A stretch of DNA of 64,000 bases from an uncultured Actinomycetes bacterium (lineage in GTDB: Bacteria; Actinomycetota; Acidimicrobiia; IMCC26256; DASPTH01), in assembly GCA_963720765.1 (NCBI GenBank), contig CAVRGS010000013.1, positions 76,854-140,853 of the forward strand, in the 5' to 3' direction. Of this stretch, positions 22,342-31,649 are shown in pieces. Under the pieces are notes generated by a model. The model saw only the letters and a program-made list of their open reading frames with translations. It was not told where the DNA came from and ran no database searches. The position numbers were made by a program, and so were the translations under genes. Every line of letters starts with the position of its first letter. Within the stretch, counting starts at the first letter, position 1.

Positions 22342-22760
22342 GACACCGCCTTCGGGTTCGGCACGCCCGCCGGCGGTGCGTCGTCGTACTCCACGAACTC
22401 GACGAGGTAGCCGTCGAAGTCCTTCACGTACGCCATCGTGACCGGCCAACGATCGAGATGCGTCGGCTCCATCACCGACTCGCAACCGGCGGTGATGGCC
22501 GCGGCGTAGAGCGACCGCACGTCGTCGGTGTTCACGTAGAGCTTCCACATCGCGGTGCCCATGTCGATGGGCGCGTCGTTGTCGAGCTGCTGCGCGAGCT
22601 GCATCCGACTCCCTCCGTGGGGCGACTGCAGGATCGCCTCCTTGGCCTGCGGGATGTCGGTGCGGCTCACCACGGGCAGCCCGCACACGCCGTTCCAGAA
22701 CTCGATGGCGCGCCCGAGGTCGCGCACGTTGATGCAGTACTGCCCGAGGATCGAGACCAC
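22338..22760 (-). CDS. VOC (glyoxalase/bleomycin-resistance/dioxygenase) family protein
   Basis: 140-aa reading from GTG 22760 behind AAAGGGGGA. VOC-like INVRDLGRAIEFW.. and YVKDFDGYLVEF. The rest of the 530-aa ORF is antisense to the next gene. Confidence 0.8.
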   Translation of the reverse strand: MVSILGQYCINVRDLGRAIEFWNGVCGLPVVSRTDIPQAKEAILQSPHGGSRMQLAQQLDNDAPIDMGTAMWKLYVNTDDVRSLYAAAITAGCESVMEPTHLDRWPVTMAYVKDFDGYLVEFVEYDDAPPAGVPNPKAVS

Positions 22761-22883
22761 GGTGCGGTTCCCCCTTTGCTGGTCCCCGTTCGGCGGACCG
22801 TGACATACTCCACCACACGACGTCAGAGAATGCCAGACTGACAGAGTGCGACAGCGACTTCCGAGTCGGTCCGAGGGGGAACG

Positions 22884-24137
22884 ATGTCCGAGCGCTACCT
22901 GATCGTGTCGTCCGACTGCCACGCCGGACTCCCGTGCGAGGAGTACCGGCCGTACCTCGACCAGAGGTACCTGCGCGCCTTCGACGACTTCCTCGCCGAA
23001 CGACACGCCAGCCGCGAGGAGGCGCTGAAGTTCAATTACGACTACATCATGCACTGGGAAGGCGACAACGAGGAGGGCCTCCGCGGCGCATTCGACCCCG
23101 AGCAGCGCGACAAGGAGCTCGACGCCGACGGCGTCGCCGGCGAGGTGATGTTCGCCGACGCCGACGCCATCACCGGCATGGAGTCGCCGCCGTTCGGCGC
23201 CGGGCTCTCGGCCGGCACGATCCAGGATCCCGAGCTGGCCTACGCGGGCGCGATCGCACACAACCGCTGGCTGGCCGAGCTCTGCTCGCACGCGCCCGAG
23301 CGGCGCGCCGGCATCGCACTGGTGCCGATCACCCACGACGTCGGACGCGGCGTCGCCGAGATCGAACGACTCGCGGGCACGCCGGGCATCCGCGGGATCA
23401 TGATCCCGACGATGTGGCACCAGCGGAAGGCCTACAACGACCCGTCGTACGAGCCGATCTGGGCGGCCGCCGCGGCCAACGGTCTCGTGGTGCACGTGCA
23501 CTCGGGCGAGGCGCCGCGCGAGGAGTACGGCGACGACATCGGCCCGTACCTCGCCGAAGTCGCGTGGTGGTCGGCGCGACCGATCTCGTTCCTGCTCTTC
23601 GGCGGCGTGTTCGAGCGTCACCCCGACCTCAAGTTCTGCGTCACCGAGGGAGCCGCGTACTGGGCCTCCGACATGATGTGGAAGTGGGACCAGTACTTCG
23701 GCGGTGGGCACACCACCGCCAAGTTGGCGCACCTGATGAAGGGCAAGATCTCGAAGCTGCCGTCGGAGTACTTCGGCACCAACATCTTCATCGGCGCGTC
23801 GACGATGTCGCGCGAGGAGATCCGTCGTCGTTACGTGATCGGCTGCGACGTGATGATGTGGGGCACCGACTACCCGCACCCCGAGGGCACGTGGCCCGAC
23901 ACGGTGGGGGTGCTCAAGCGCAGCTTCCATGACGTGCCCGTCGACGACACCGAGAAGCTCGTCGGCCTCACCGCGGCCGCCTGTTACGGCATGGACCTCG
24001 AGGCGCTCCGTGAGATCGCCGACCGCATCGGGCCGACACCGGAGGATCTGGGTCAGGACCCGACGTTGCGGAGCGATCCCGAGGTCGTGGCCAACGCGCG
24101 CTGGTGGAAAGAGGAGTACGGCGTCAAGGTGATCTGA
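22884..24137 (+). CDS. Amidohydrolase-2 family protein
   Basis: LIVSSDCHAG.., WGTDYPHPEGTWP; 417 aa. Confidence 0.85.
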   Translation: MSERYLIVSSDCHAGLPCEEYRPYLDQRYLRAFDDFLAERHASREEALKFNYDYIMHWEGDNEEGLRGAFDPEQRDKELDADGVAGEVMFADADAITGMESPPFGAGLSAGTIQDPELAYAGAIAHNRWLAELCSHAPERRAGIALVPITHDVGRGVAEIERLAGTPGIRGIMIPTMWHQRKAYNDPSYEPIWAAAAANGLVVHVHSGEAPREEYGDDIGPYLAEVAWWSARPISFLLFGGVFERHPDLKFCVTEGAAYWASDMMWKWDQYFGGGHTTAKLAHLMKGKISKLPSEYFGTNIFIGASTMSREEIRRRYVIGCDVMMWGTDYPHPEGTWPDTVGVLKRSFHDVPVDDTEKLVGLTAAACYGMDLEALREIADRIGPTPEDLGQDPTLRSDPEVVANARWWKEEYGVKVI

Positions 24138-24759
24138 CCGCGGCGGCGTGCGCGAGCCCGGAGCCCACGAGATCGAAGGCTTGGGCGGTCAGGTCGACGA
24201 GCGAGGCGGTGCCGTCGTCCTCGAGCCAGCGCAGGTAGGCGCTCTGCACCGCGGCGAGGGTGACTCGCATCATCACGTCGGGCAGCGCATCGGTCTCGGC
24301 GACGCCGAGCCTGCGGGCGAGCTCCACCTCGATGTTGTGCGTGCTCTCGAGCGCGCCGTGCATGATCATCTTGGCCAGCAACGCGGGGGCTTCCTTGGTG
24401 AGGTGGGCCCAGATGGCTCCGTTGCGGCCGACCCGTTCCTCGCTCGCCGATTGGTCGAGCACCGCGTTGCGCAGCGCCTGCCAGGCGTCGAGGTGTTCGT
24501 CCTGACCCAGGAGCGAGTCGTGGATCACGTCGATCCGACGACCGGCCTCCGCGACGAGCAGGTGGTCCTTGCTGGCGAAGTAGCGGAAGAAGGTGCGCTC
24601 CGAGATGCCGGCCTCGCGCGCGATGTCCTCGACGGTGACGGCCGCGTAACCCCGCTCGGCGAACAGCGACATCGCGGCCTGCTGGATCTCGCGCGCGTTG
24701 CGCTCGCGTCGTTGCTCGCGCAGGTCGACGCCGGAGCTCGTGTCGTCCTCGGTCGTCAT
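24124..24759 (-). CDS. TetR-family transcriptional regulator
   Basis: HTH EIQQAAMSLFAERGYAAVTVEDIAREAGISERTFFRYF. Start at ATG 24759, with an alternative at ATG 24792. Confidence 0.8.
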   Translation of the reverse strand: MTTEDDTSSGVDLREQRRERNAREIQQAAMSLFAERGYAAVTVEDIAREAGISERTFFRYFASKDHLLVAEAGRRIDVIHDSLLGQDEHLDAWQALRNAVLDQSASEERVGRNGAIWAHLTKEAPALLAKMIMHGALESTHNIEVELARRLGVAETDALPDVMMRVTLAAVQSAYLRWLEDDGTASLVDLTAQAFDLVGSGLAHAAAVRSP

Positions 24760-24789
24760 CCGCACCCAGGATACGGGCCCACCCCCGAA

Positions 24790-24833
24790 CATCTCGGAGT
24801 TGACCGTCGTAGACGACCGTCAACTCCGAGATG
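24790..24833. promoter_or_regulatory. 44-bp near-perfect palindrome (operator and/or terminator hairpin)
   Basis: catctcggagttgac c gtcgt ag acgac c gtcaactccgagatg: 15-bp perfect outer arms plus 5-bp inner arms. It lies 4 nt after the SDR stop and just upstream of, or overlapping, the TetR start. Confidence 0.55.
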
Positions 24834-24837
24834 CTCG

Positions 24838-25680
24838 TCATCGGGGCGGCGGGAACCTCGCGTCACGCCACTCGAAGCCCTGGCGGATGTCGGCGAGGCG
24901 CGCCTCGACCAGGCCGTCGAGGTCGCGCGTGGGGAACACGAAGAACTGGTCGTCGACGATCGCCTGGTACACGACGTCGGCAACCTGGGAGGGCGGCGCA
25001 CCGCTGGCGATCATCTCGCGGTACCCCTTCGACGTGGGGTTGTCGTCCGCGGGATCGTCCATGCCGGCGGGTCGGTTGCGCTCGCTCTCGAAGATGCGGG
25101 TGTTGATCAGGCCCGGACACAGCACCGACACCCCCACCCCGGTGCCGGCGAACTCACCCCGCATCGCGGCCGCGAGCCCGACGACGGCGTGCTTCGACAC
25201 CCCGTACGGCGGGAGGGTCGGAGTGTCGGTCACGCCCGCGATGCTGGCGGTGCAGACCACGTGACCGGCGCCCTGTTCCACCAGGACGGGTCCGAACACG
25301 AGCGCGCCGTGCACGACACCGCGCACGTTGACGTCGAACACCCACTCCCACACCTCGGGCGGGGTGTCGAACATCGGACCGACGGGCGCGACGCCCGCGT
25401 TGAGGCACACCACGTGCACGGCACCGAACCGTTCGAGCGTGGCGTCGCGCAGGCTTCGGGTGGCGTCGAGCGAACGCACGTCGTGGGTCACCCCCAGGAC
25501 GCGACCAGCGCCACCGAGCGTGTCGACCGCGGCGGCGATCGCCTCCTCCTCGACGTCGGCGACGACGACCTTCATGCCGGCGGCGAGGAACCGTGCGGCC
25601 AGCGCCCGCCCGATCCCGCCCGCGCCTCCGGTGACCACGGCGACCTTGTCGGTCGGATCCTCGAACCACGTGCTCATCAT
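24838..25680 (-). CDS. SDR family oxidoreductase
   Basis: VTGGAGGIG, YGVSK; start at ATG 25680 (ORF open to 25686). Confidence 0.85.
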   Translation of the reverse strand: MMSTWFEDPTDKVAVVTGGAGGIGRALAARFLAAGMKVVVADVEEEAIAAAVDTLGGAGRVLGVTHDVRSLDATRSLRDATLERFGAVHVVCLNAGVAPVGPMFDTPPEVWEWVFDVNVRGVVHGALVFGPVLVEQGAGHVVCTASIAGVTDTPTLPPYGVSKHAVVGLAAAMRGEFAGTGVGVSVLCPGLINTRIFESERNRPAGMDDPADDNPTSKGYREMIASGAPPSQVADVVYQAIVDDQFFVFPTRDLDGLVEARLADIRQGFEWRDARFPPPR

Positions 25681-25760
25681 GGGCAACTCACTATCACGCA
25701 GCCGCCGACGGGTGCGTAGGGTTCGGGCGCGTGCCGTTCGTGTGACGGAGGGGGAGTGGC

Positions 25761-27296
25761 ATGAGGGTTCCGCTGACGATCGCTGACCACCTGGAGCGCG
25801 CGGAGGTCGCCTACGGGCGCCGCACGGTCCTGATCGACGAGCCGGACCAACCCGCGGCGGCGTGGGGAGGGATCACCGCGTCGGAGATGGCGGTGCGGGC
25901 GCGGGCGCAGGCCGCCGCGCTCGACCGTCTCGGCGTCGCGCACGGCGAGCGGGTGGCGATCGTGAGCCAGAACTCGGCGCGGCTGCTCACCGCGTTCTGG
26001 GGTGTCAGCGCGCACGGGCGGGTGCTCGTGCCGATCAACTTCCGCCTCAGCGCCGACGAGATCCGGTTCATCGTCCGGCACTGTGGCGCGTCCATGCTGC
26101 TCGTCGATCCCGAGCTCGACGACCTCCTCGCCGATGTCGACGCACCGCACCGCTACGTCCTCGGTGCCGACAGCGACGAAGTGCTCTACGACCACGGCAC
26201 CGAGCCGGCGCCGTGGCAGCCCGACGAGGACGCGACCGCGACGATCAATTACACGAGCGGCACGACCGCGCGTCCGAAGGGTGTGCAGCTCACGCACCGC
26301 AACCTCTGGGTGAACTCGGTGACGTTCGCGATGCACATGGGCGTCAGCGATCGCGACGTGTACCTGCACACGCTGCCGATGTTCCACTGCAACGGGTGGG
26401 GGATGACCTACGGCGTCACCGCGATGGGCGCGCAGCACGTGGTCCTGCGGAAGGTCGACGGCGCCGAGATCCTGCGACGCGTCGAGCGTCACGGCGTCAC
26501 CCTGATGTGTGGCGCGCCCGCGGTCGTGAACGCGGTGCTCGACGCAGCCGCGTCATGGGACGGTGGGATCCCGGGGCGTGACACCGTGCGGATCGTCGTG
26601 GCGGGCGCGCCACCGCCGACGCGCACCATCGAACGCGTCGAGAGCGAGCTCGGATGGCAGTTCAACCAGCTCTACGGGCTCACCGAGACATCTCCCTTCC
26701 TCACCATCAACCGACCTCGGGCCGAGTACGACGACCTGTCGCCGTCGGAGCGGGCGCGCCAGCTCGGACGCGCCGGTGCACCCGGTCTCGGGGTCCGGCT
26801 GCGCATCGACGAGCACGGCGAGGTGCTGGCGCGCAGCAACGTGGTGCTGGAGGGGTACTGGGAGCAGCCGGGAGCCACCGCCGAGGCACTCGCCGGCGGT
26901 TGGTTCCACACCGGCGACGGCGGCGTGATCGACGACGACGGCTACCTCACCATCTCCGACCGCAAGAAGGACGTGATCATCAGCGGCGGTGAGAACATCT
27001 CGTCGATCGAGGTCGAGGACGCACTGTGCTCTCACCCGGTCGTCGCCGAGGCCGCCGTCATCGGGGTGCCCGACGAGAAGTGGGGCGAGACGGTGAAGGC
27101 GCTGGTGGTGCTCGTGCCCGGCGGGGCGGTCTCCGACCGTGAGCTCATCGAGCACTGCCGCGCCCACCTGGCGCACTACAAGTGCCCCACCAGCGTCGAG
27201 CTGCGGGACGAGCTCACCCGCACGGCCACCGGCAAGCTGCAGAAGTTCAAGTTGCGTGCGCCGTACTGGGAAGGTCGCGAGCGCCAGATCAACTGA
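25761..27296 (+). CDS. Acyl-CoA synthetase / AMP-dependent ligase
   Basis: AMP-binding motif YTSGTTARPKGV, GWFHTGDGG, final K in GKLQKFKLR; 511 aa. Confidence 0.9.
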   Translation: MRVPLTIADHLERAEVAYGRRTVLIDEPDQPAAAWGGITASEMAVRARAQAAALDRLGVAHGERVAIVSQNSARLLTAFWGVSAHGRVLVPINFRLSADEIRFIVRHCGASMLLVDPELDDLLADVDAPHRYVLGADSDEVLYDHGTEPAPWQPDEDATATINYTSGTTARPKGVQLTHRNLWVNSVTFAMHMGVSDRDVYLHTLPMFHCNGWGMTYGVTAMGAQHVVLRKVDGAEILRRVERHGVTLMCGAPAVVNAVLDAAASWDGGIPGRDTVRIVVAGAPPPTRTIERVESELGWQFNQLYGLTETSPFLTINRPRAEYDDLSPSERARQLGRAGAPGLGVRLRIDEHGEVLARSNVVLEGYWEQPGATAEALAGGWFHTGDGGVIDDDGYLTISDRKKDVIISGGENISSIEVEDALCSHPVVAEAAVIGVPDEKWGETVKALVVLVPGGAVSDRELIEHCRAHLAHYKCPTSVELRDELTRTATGKLQKFKLRAPYWEGRERQIN

Positions 27297-27352
27297 CGTC
27301 GCGGCGTCGGCGTCGCGGCGTCGCGGCGTGGTGGCGTGGCCGGCGTCGGCGG
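27297..27352. repeat. Degenerate GC-rich direct repeats (gcgtcgcg-like units)
   Basis: cgtcgcggcgtcggcgtcgcggcgtcgcggcgtggtggcgtggccggcgtcggcgg directly after the synthetase stop. There is no complementary arm. Confidence 0.4.
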
Positions 27353-27395
27353 TAGCGTTCGTCTCGGTCGTGAGGACGCGCGGAGGAGCACCGGC

Positions 27396-28807
27396 ATGAC
27401 GACGTACGACAGGTTCTACATCGACGGGGCGTGGGTCGCGCCCGCCGGCCGCGACACGCTCGACGTGATCGATTCGGCCACCGAGGAGGTCTTCGCGACC
27501 ATCCCCGCCGGCACGCCCGACGACATCGACCGTGCGGTCGCGGCGGCGAAGGCCGCGTTCCCGGCGTGGTCGGAGACGTCGGCCCCCGAGCGCGGCAAGC
27601 TCCTCCTGCGCGTCGCGGAAGAGCTCGAGGCACGTCGCGACGAGATCGCCGACGTGATGACCCACGAGGTCGGCATGCCGAAGCCGCTCTCGGCCGCGAT
27701 CCAGGTGGGCACCGGCATCTCCGCGTTCCGCAACGCGTCGGAGCTCGCGTCGACCTTCGCGTTCGAGGACGACTCCGAGGGCTTGATCGTCAAGGAACCG
27801 ATCGGCGTGGTCGGCTGCATCACGCCGTGGAACTACCCGCTCAACCAGATCGGGGCCAAGGTCGCGTACACGTTGGCCGCAGGCTGCACGGTCGTGCTCA
27901 AGCCGTCAGAGGTCGCGCCGGTCAACGCGTTCATCCTCGCCGAGATCATCGACGACCTCGGGTTCCCGCCGGGTGTGTTCAACCTGGTCACCGGGCTCGG
28001 TCCGGTGGTCGGGGAAGCGCTCGCCGCGCATCCCGACGTCGACATGGTGTCGTTCACGGGATCGACCGCGCGGGTCGACGTGTCTCGGAGCTGGCCGCGC
28101 CGACGATCAAGCGCGTCGCGTTGGAGCTGGGCGGCAAGTCGCCCAACGTGCTGCTCGACGACGCCGACTTCGACAAGATGGTGCCCGCCGGTGTCGGAGC
28201 GGCGTACGCGAACTCCGGACAGACGTGCAGCGCCCTCACCCGCATGATCGTCCCGCGGTCGCGCCTCGCCGAAGTCGAGGAGCTGGCGAAGCAGGCGGCC
28301 GAGGCGTACGTGGTCGGTGACCCGTTTGCCGACGGCACCACGCTCGGTCCGCTGGTGTCAGGGGTCCAGCAGGAGCGAGTGCGTGGCTACATCCAGAAGG
28401 GTCTCGACGAGGGTGCCACCTTGGTCACGGGCGGCGTCGGTGCACCCGAGGGACTCGAGCAGGGCTTCTTCGTGCAGCCGACGATCTTCTCGAACGTCAC
28501 CACCGACATGACCATCGCGCAGGAGGAGATCTTCGGCCCGGTCCTCGTGCTCATCCCGTACGACACCGACGACGAAGCGGTCGAGATCGCCAACGACACC
28601 GTGTACGGCCTCGCCGGCGCGGTGTCGGGGAGCGACGAGCGAGCCAAGGCCGTGGCGCGCAAGATCCGCGCCGGTCAGGTGCGCGTGAACGCGGGTGGCT
28701 ACTTCCCTGCCGCGCCCTTCGGTGGCTACAAGCAGTCGGGTCTGGGGCGTGAGCACGGCGCCCACGGTCTCGAGGAGTTCCTCGAGGTCAAGGCGCTCTT
28801 CGTCTGA
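27396..28807 (+). pseudogene. Aldehyde dehydrogenase with a -1 frame break near 28066-28068
   Basis: GGAGGAG RBS then ATG 27396. ..VSFTGST then the frame changes to [26 protein letters not shown]. Catalytic region NSGQTCSA and EEIFGPV follow. Confidence 0.8.
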
Positions 28808-28857
28808 GCTGTCTGACCGACTGACGGCCGTACGCCGACCAACGGGGGGAACCACAG

Positions 28858-29400
28858 GTGCAGGAACACCGCTACTCGTTCGAGATCGACGCGTCACCCG
28901 AAGAGATCTGGAGCGTCATGCACACGCGTCCGGATCATCCGGAGGGCTTCGTCGGCATGGGTGAGTACGGGCCCTTCGTGCGCAAGATCGAGCACGGCCC
29001 GGTGACCATCGAGATCCTGCACGAGGGCGACGAGCACGGCGACGGGCTCGTGCGCCACTGCTTCTTCCGTGTGCCCAAGTACCTGATGAGCGGCGGGATG
29101 GCGCAGTCGTGGGAGCACGTCACCGAGGTCGTGCCCAACGTGTCCGCCAAGTACTACGCGATCGGCAAGCCCTTGTGGTCACGCGCCGAAGGGGAGCACC
29201 GACTCGAGCGGCTGCCCGACGGCCGCACGCTGGTGCACTTCATGGAGCGCTACCACGTGTTCAACCCGATCATGCGCCTGTTGCTCGAGCAGAAGGTCCA
29301 CCACTTCATCTCGAAGGACAACGACAAGCTGGTGAAGGCGGGGATCGAACGCGGTCTCGCCGCCACGCGGGGGAGTGGCGTCAGCGCCAGCGCAACCTGA
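28858..29400 (+). CDS. SRPBCC (START/polyketide-cyclase-like) family protein
   Basis: 180-aa ORF with the N-terminal pattern F.IDASPEEIWSVM typical of SRPBCC proteins. Confidence 0.65.
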   Translation: MQEHRYSFEIDASPEEIWSVMHTRPDHPEGFVGMGEYGPFVRKIEHGPVTIEILHEGDEHGDGLVRHCFFRVPKYLMSGGMAQSWEHVTEVVPNVSAKYYAIGKPLWSRAEGEHRLERLPDGRTLVHFMERYHVFNPIMRLLLEQKVHHFISKDNDKLVKAGIERGLAATRGSGVSASAT

Positions 29401-29403
29401 GCG

Positions 29404-29868
29404 TCACGCGGGACGGTCGACGTTCGGACTCGGCACCACGACGACCGGACAGGGACTGCGCTCCGCACAGCGCTGGCTCACGGATCCCAGCAGAAGCCCC
29501 GCGAAGCCGCCTCGTCCGCGAGTCCCGACGACGAGCAGATCGGCCCGTTCGGCGAGGTCGACGAGCACGTGCGCGGGTTCACCTTCCACCACGATCGGAT
29601 TGATGCGCACCGCGTGCTCGGTCGGCAGCGTGGCGGCCTCGATCGCCTCGTGCAGCGTCCGCTTCGCGAGCTCCGCGGAACGCGCCACGATCAACGCTTC
29701 CGCGTCGGACCCGACGTCGATCCATGCCAACCCCGATGGGTAGGCGAGCACTGCGTCGATAACGTCGTCACCGATCGCTTGGATGGCGGCCCACTCGAGC
29801 GCTCGCTGCGAGTGCGGTGAGCCGTCGATCCCGACGACGATGCGGCGGGCCCCGGAACGATCGGTCAC
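29404..29868 (-). CDS. Universal stress protein (single Usp domain)
   Basis: RIVVGIDGS.., VVGTRGRGGFAGLLLGSVSQRCAERSPCPVVVV. GTG 29868 behind AAGGGAGA. Confidence 0.85.
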   Translation of the reverse strand: MTDRSGARRIVVGIDGSPHSQRALEWAAIQAIGDDVIDAVLAYPSGLAWIDVGSDAEALIVARSAELAKRTLHEAIEAATLPTEHAVRINPIVVEGEPAHVLVDLAERADLLVVGTRGRGGFAGLLLGSVSQRCAERSPCPVVVVPSPNVDRPA

Positions 29869-29921
29869 GGTGGTCTCCCTTCTTCGGCTCCGAGGATCGC
29901 CGAATGCACGCCGCCGCGGCA

Positions 29922-29935
29922 GGGCCGAAGGTCAC
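29922..29935. promoter_or_regulatory. DosR-box-like 5-4-5 inverted repeat, copy 1
   Basis: GGGCC GAAG GTCAC, about 60 nt upstream of the Usp start at 29868. Confidence 0.5.
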
Positions 29936-29963
29936 CTCGTCGGTGTCGTGTCCGCATGCGGTC

Positions 29964-29977
29964 GGGACTTCCGACCC
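29964..29977. promoter_or_regulatory. DosR-box-like inverted repeat, copy 2
   Basis: GGGAC TTCC GACCC, about 69 nt upstream of ATG 30039 and about 100 nt upstream of the Usp start. Confidence 0.5.
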
Positions 29978-30038
29978 TGGAAGGACGGCAGCCGGTGGAG
30001 CACGGTGGGATCGACCATCGAGCACCGAGGTGAACACC

Positions 30039-30293
30039 ATGCGTCCAGTCGTGCAGCCGGGCAGCGATGCCCCGACCGTCGAGGTGATCGCGTTCCGCCA
30101 CGGGCGGGAGATCGCCCGTGAGCTCTACGACACCCCCGAAGCGGCGGCAGATGCAGTCGACCGCTGGTGCGAGACGACGGGCGTGATGTGTCAGGTCGAC
30201 GACCTCTCGGTGCAGCACCAGCCGACCGACGTGCGCGACCCGTCGCCCGACGACGCGTGGGACGACGGGGACGAACGCCGGGACGACGACTGA
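30039..30293 (+). CDS. Hypothetical small acidic protein (84 aa)
   Basis: ATG behind GAGGTG, high GC3, no recognisable domain. The longer 29817 start is antisense to the Usp gene. Confidence 0.45.
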   Translation: MRPVVQPGSDAPTVEVIAFRHGREIARELYDTPEAAADAVDRWCETTGVMCQVDDLSVQHQPTDVRDPSPDDAWDDGDERRDDD

Positions 30294-30302
30294 CGGTGCT
30301 CC

Positions 30303-30764
30303 TCACGACGGCGGAAGGGGTGGGAGCGCGGACTCGTCGGGAACGAGGCGCCGCCCGGTGATCGTCCGGACCCCGAGGCGGAGGTAGCTCGTGCGCGGGC
30401 CCTGCGCCCACGGAGTGACGCGCAGCGTCTCGAGGCGCCGCAACTCGGCCGGGTCCTCGACGTGTGCGACGGGCCCGTTCACGAGCACGCTCCATCCTTG
30501 GTGGTCGGTCTCGTCGAAGTCGTCGACCTCGAAGCCGACCTGACCCGAGTACCGCGACGCGAGGACGCTCGACGACGCCTCGGTCCGGAACACGATGTCG
30601 TCGTCGTCGACGACGTAGTTCACCGGAAGTGCGACCGGGCCACGGGCGTCGACGAACACCACGCGTCCGACCGGACGCGTGCGCAGCAGCCGCCGGCACT
30701 CGTCAGGATCGAGGACGACGAGTTGGTGGAGCGGGGGGCCACCCGGCGCGTGGGCGTCGTTCAC
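30303..30764 (-). CDS. PPOX-family (pyridoxamine 5'-phosphate oxidase-like, FMN/F420 split-barrel) protein
   Basis: LDPDECRRLLRTRPVGRVVFVDARGPVALPVNYVV pattern. GTG 30764 overlaps the upstream stop (GTGA). Confidence 0.8.
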   Translation of the reverse strand: MNDAHAPGGPPLHQLVVLDPDECRRLLRTRPVGRVVFVDARGPVALPVNYVVDDDDIVFRTEASSSVLASRYSGQVGFEVDDFDETDHQGWSVLVNGPVAHVEDPAELRRLETLRVTPWAQGPRTSYLRLGVRTITGRRLVPDESALPPLPPS

Positions 30765-31543
30765 CGCTGGAGCCTGACGACGAAGACCGGACAGGGGCTG
30801 TGGTGCACGACATCCATGGCCACACTCCCCATGACGACACGACCGAAGCCGGTTCGTGCGTGCGTCGTGAGCGCCAACATGGTCGCGGGAAGTTCACGCG
30901 CGCACTCGGAGATCGCGGCAGATGGGAAGTCGTCGTGGAGATCGATCGTCGGCGTGCGGCGCCGTTCGCCGTGGAGCTGGGCGAGCGCAGCGTCGAACTG
31001 GCGGGTGGGTTCGACACTCGCGGGCACATCGAGCGGGTGGAAGACGCACAGCAGCGAGAGGTCCATGTGGAGCGCGTCACTCCACGTCTCGGCCGGCGCG
31101 AGGATCGCGTCGGACGCGCCGCCCACCCAACACGCGACGAGTCGCGCCGGATCGTGCCACCAGTCCCGTTCGCAGTTCGGCCCGACCAACAACACCGGAC
31201 CGTCGACGTTGCGCACGACCTCGGTGGCGACGCTGCCCAACAACGGTGCTGCCACGCGACCGCGACCGTGCGTCGTCATGCAGACGACGGCGTCCGGGTG
31301 CCGCCGGACGCTGCGAGCGATCTCGCCCGCGGGATCACCCGTGGAGCATTCTGCCTGCACCGCGCCGTCGGTGCGCGCGGCGAGCGCGTCGACGTACGGC
31401 CGCACCCGCTCGGCGTCGTCGACGTCGACCGCCAGGAGCACGACGTCACAGGTGTCGAGCTTGTCGGCCACCACCAGCGCGCAGTCGAGCGCCCGCTCGG
31501 CGTCCTGCGAACCGTCGACCGGGACGATCAGCGTCTTGGGCAT
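30761..31543 (-). CDS. Tandem universal stress protein (two Usp domains)
   Basis: ATG 31543 behind GAGGAGG. TLIVPVDGS.. plus a second half ending TTHARTGFGRVVMGSVAMDVVHHSPCPVFVV. Confidence 0.85.
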   Translation of the reverse strand: MPKTLIVPVDGSQDAERALDCALVVADKLDTCDVVLLAVDVDDAERVRPYVDALAARTDGAVQAECSTGDPAGEIARSVRRHPDAVVCMTTHGRGRVAAPLLGSVATEVVRNVDGPVLLVGPNCERDWWHDPARLVACWVGGASDAILAPAETWSDALHMDLSLLCVFHPLDVPASVEPTRQFDAALAQLHGERRRTPTIDLHDDFPSAAISECARELPATMLALTTHARTGFGRVVMGSVAMDVVHHSPCPVFVVRLQR

Positions 31544-31593
31544 GGGAACCTCCTCGTTCAGGGTTCCAGCGTCTCCCTCCGCGCGTCTCGGTG

Positions 31594-31613
31594 ATAGGGC
31601 CCGAAGGCCCCAA
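31594..31613. promoter_or_regulatory. DosR-box-like inverted repeat, copy 3 (shared divergent promoter of the regulator and the tandem Usp)
   Basis: atA GGGCC CGAA GGCCC CAA; perfect 5-bp arms; 14 of 20 positions match the M. tuberculosis consensus as I recall it. Confidence 0.55.
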
Positions 31614-31649
31614 TGCCGGGCGGGCGCTGCCGGGTCGGCCCGGTCGCGC

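Noticed and set aside
22781-22799. ggtcc ccgttcggc ggacc as a ninth DosR-like box, outside the island.
   Set aside because: The arms are separated by 9 nt instead of 4, and the half-sites lack the GGGNC/GNCCC pattern. It is more likely a local operator or a chance inverted repeat in the VOC/amidohydrolase divergent promoter.
29817-30038. Upstream extension of the small ORF to a 158-aa protein starting at 29817.
   Set aside because: The extension overlaps the Usp start region and both predicted regulator boxes. ATG 30039 has its own GAGGTG RBS.
30462-31649. N-terminal 396 codons of the 627-aa ORF that ends as the response regulator.
   Set aside because: This part is antisense to the PPOX and tandem-Usp genes and has no domain. 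The regulator homology starts at about 31680, with start codons at 31650-31674.
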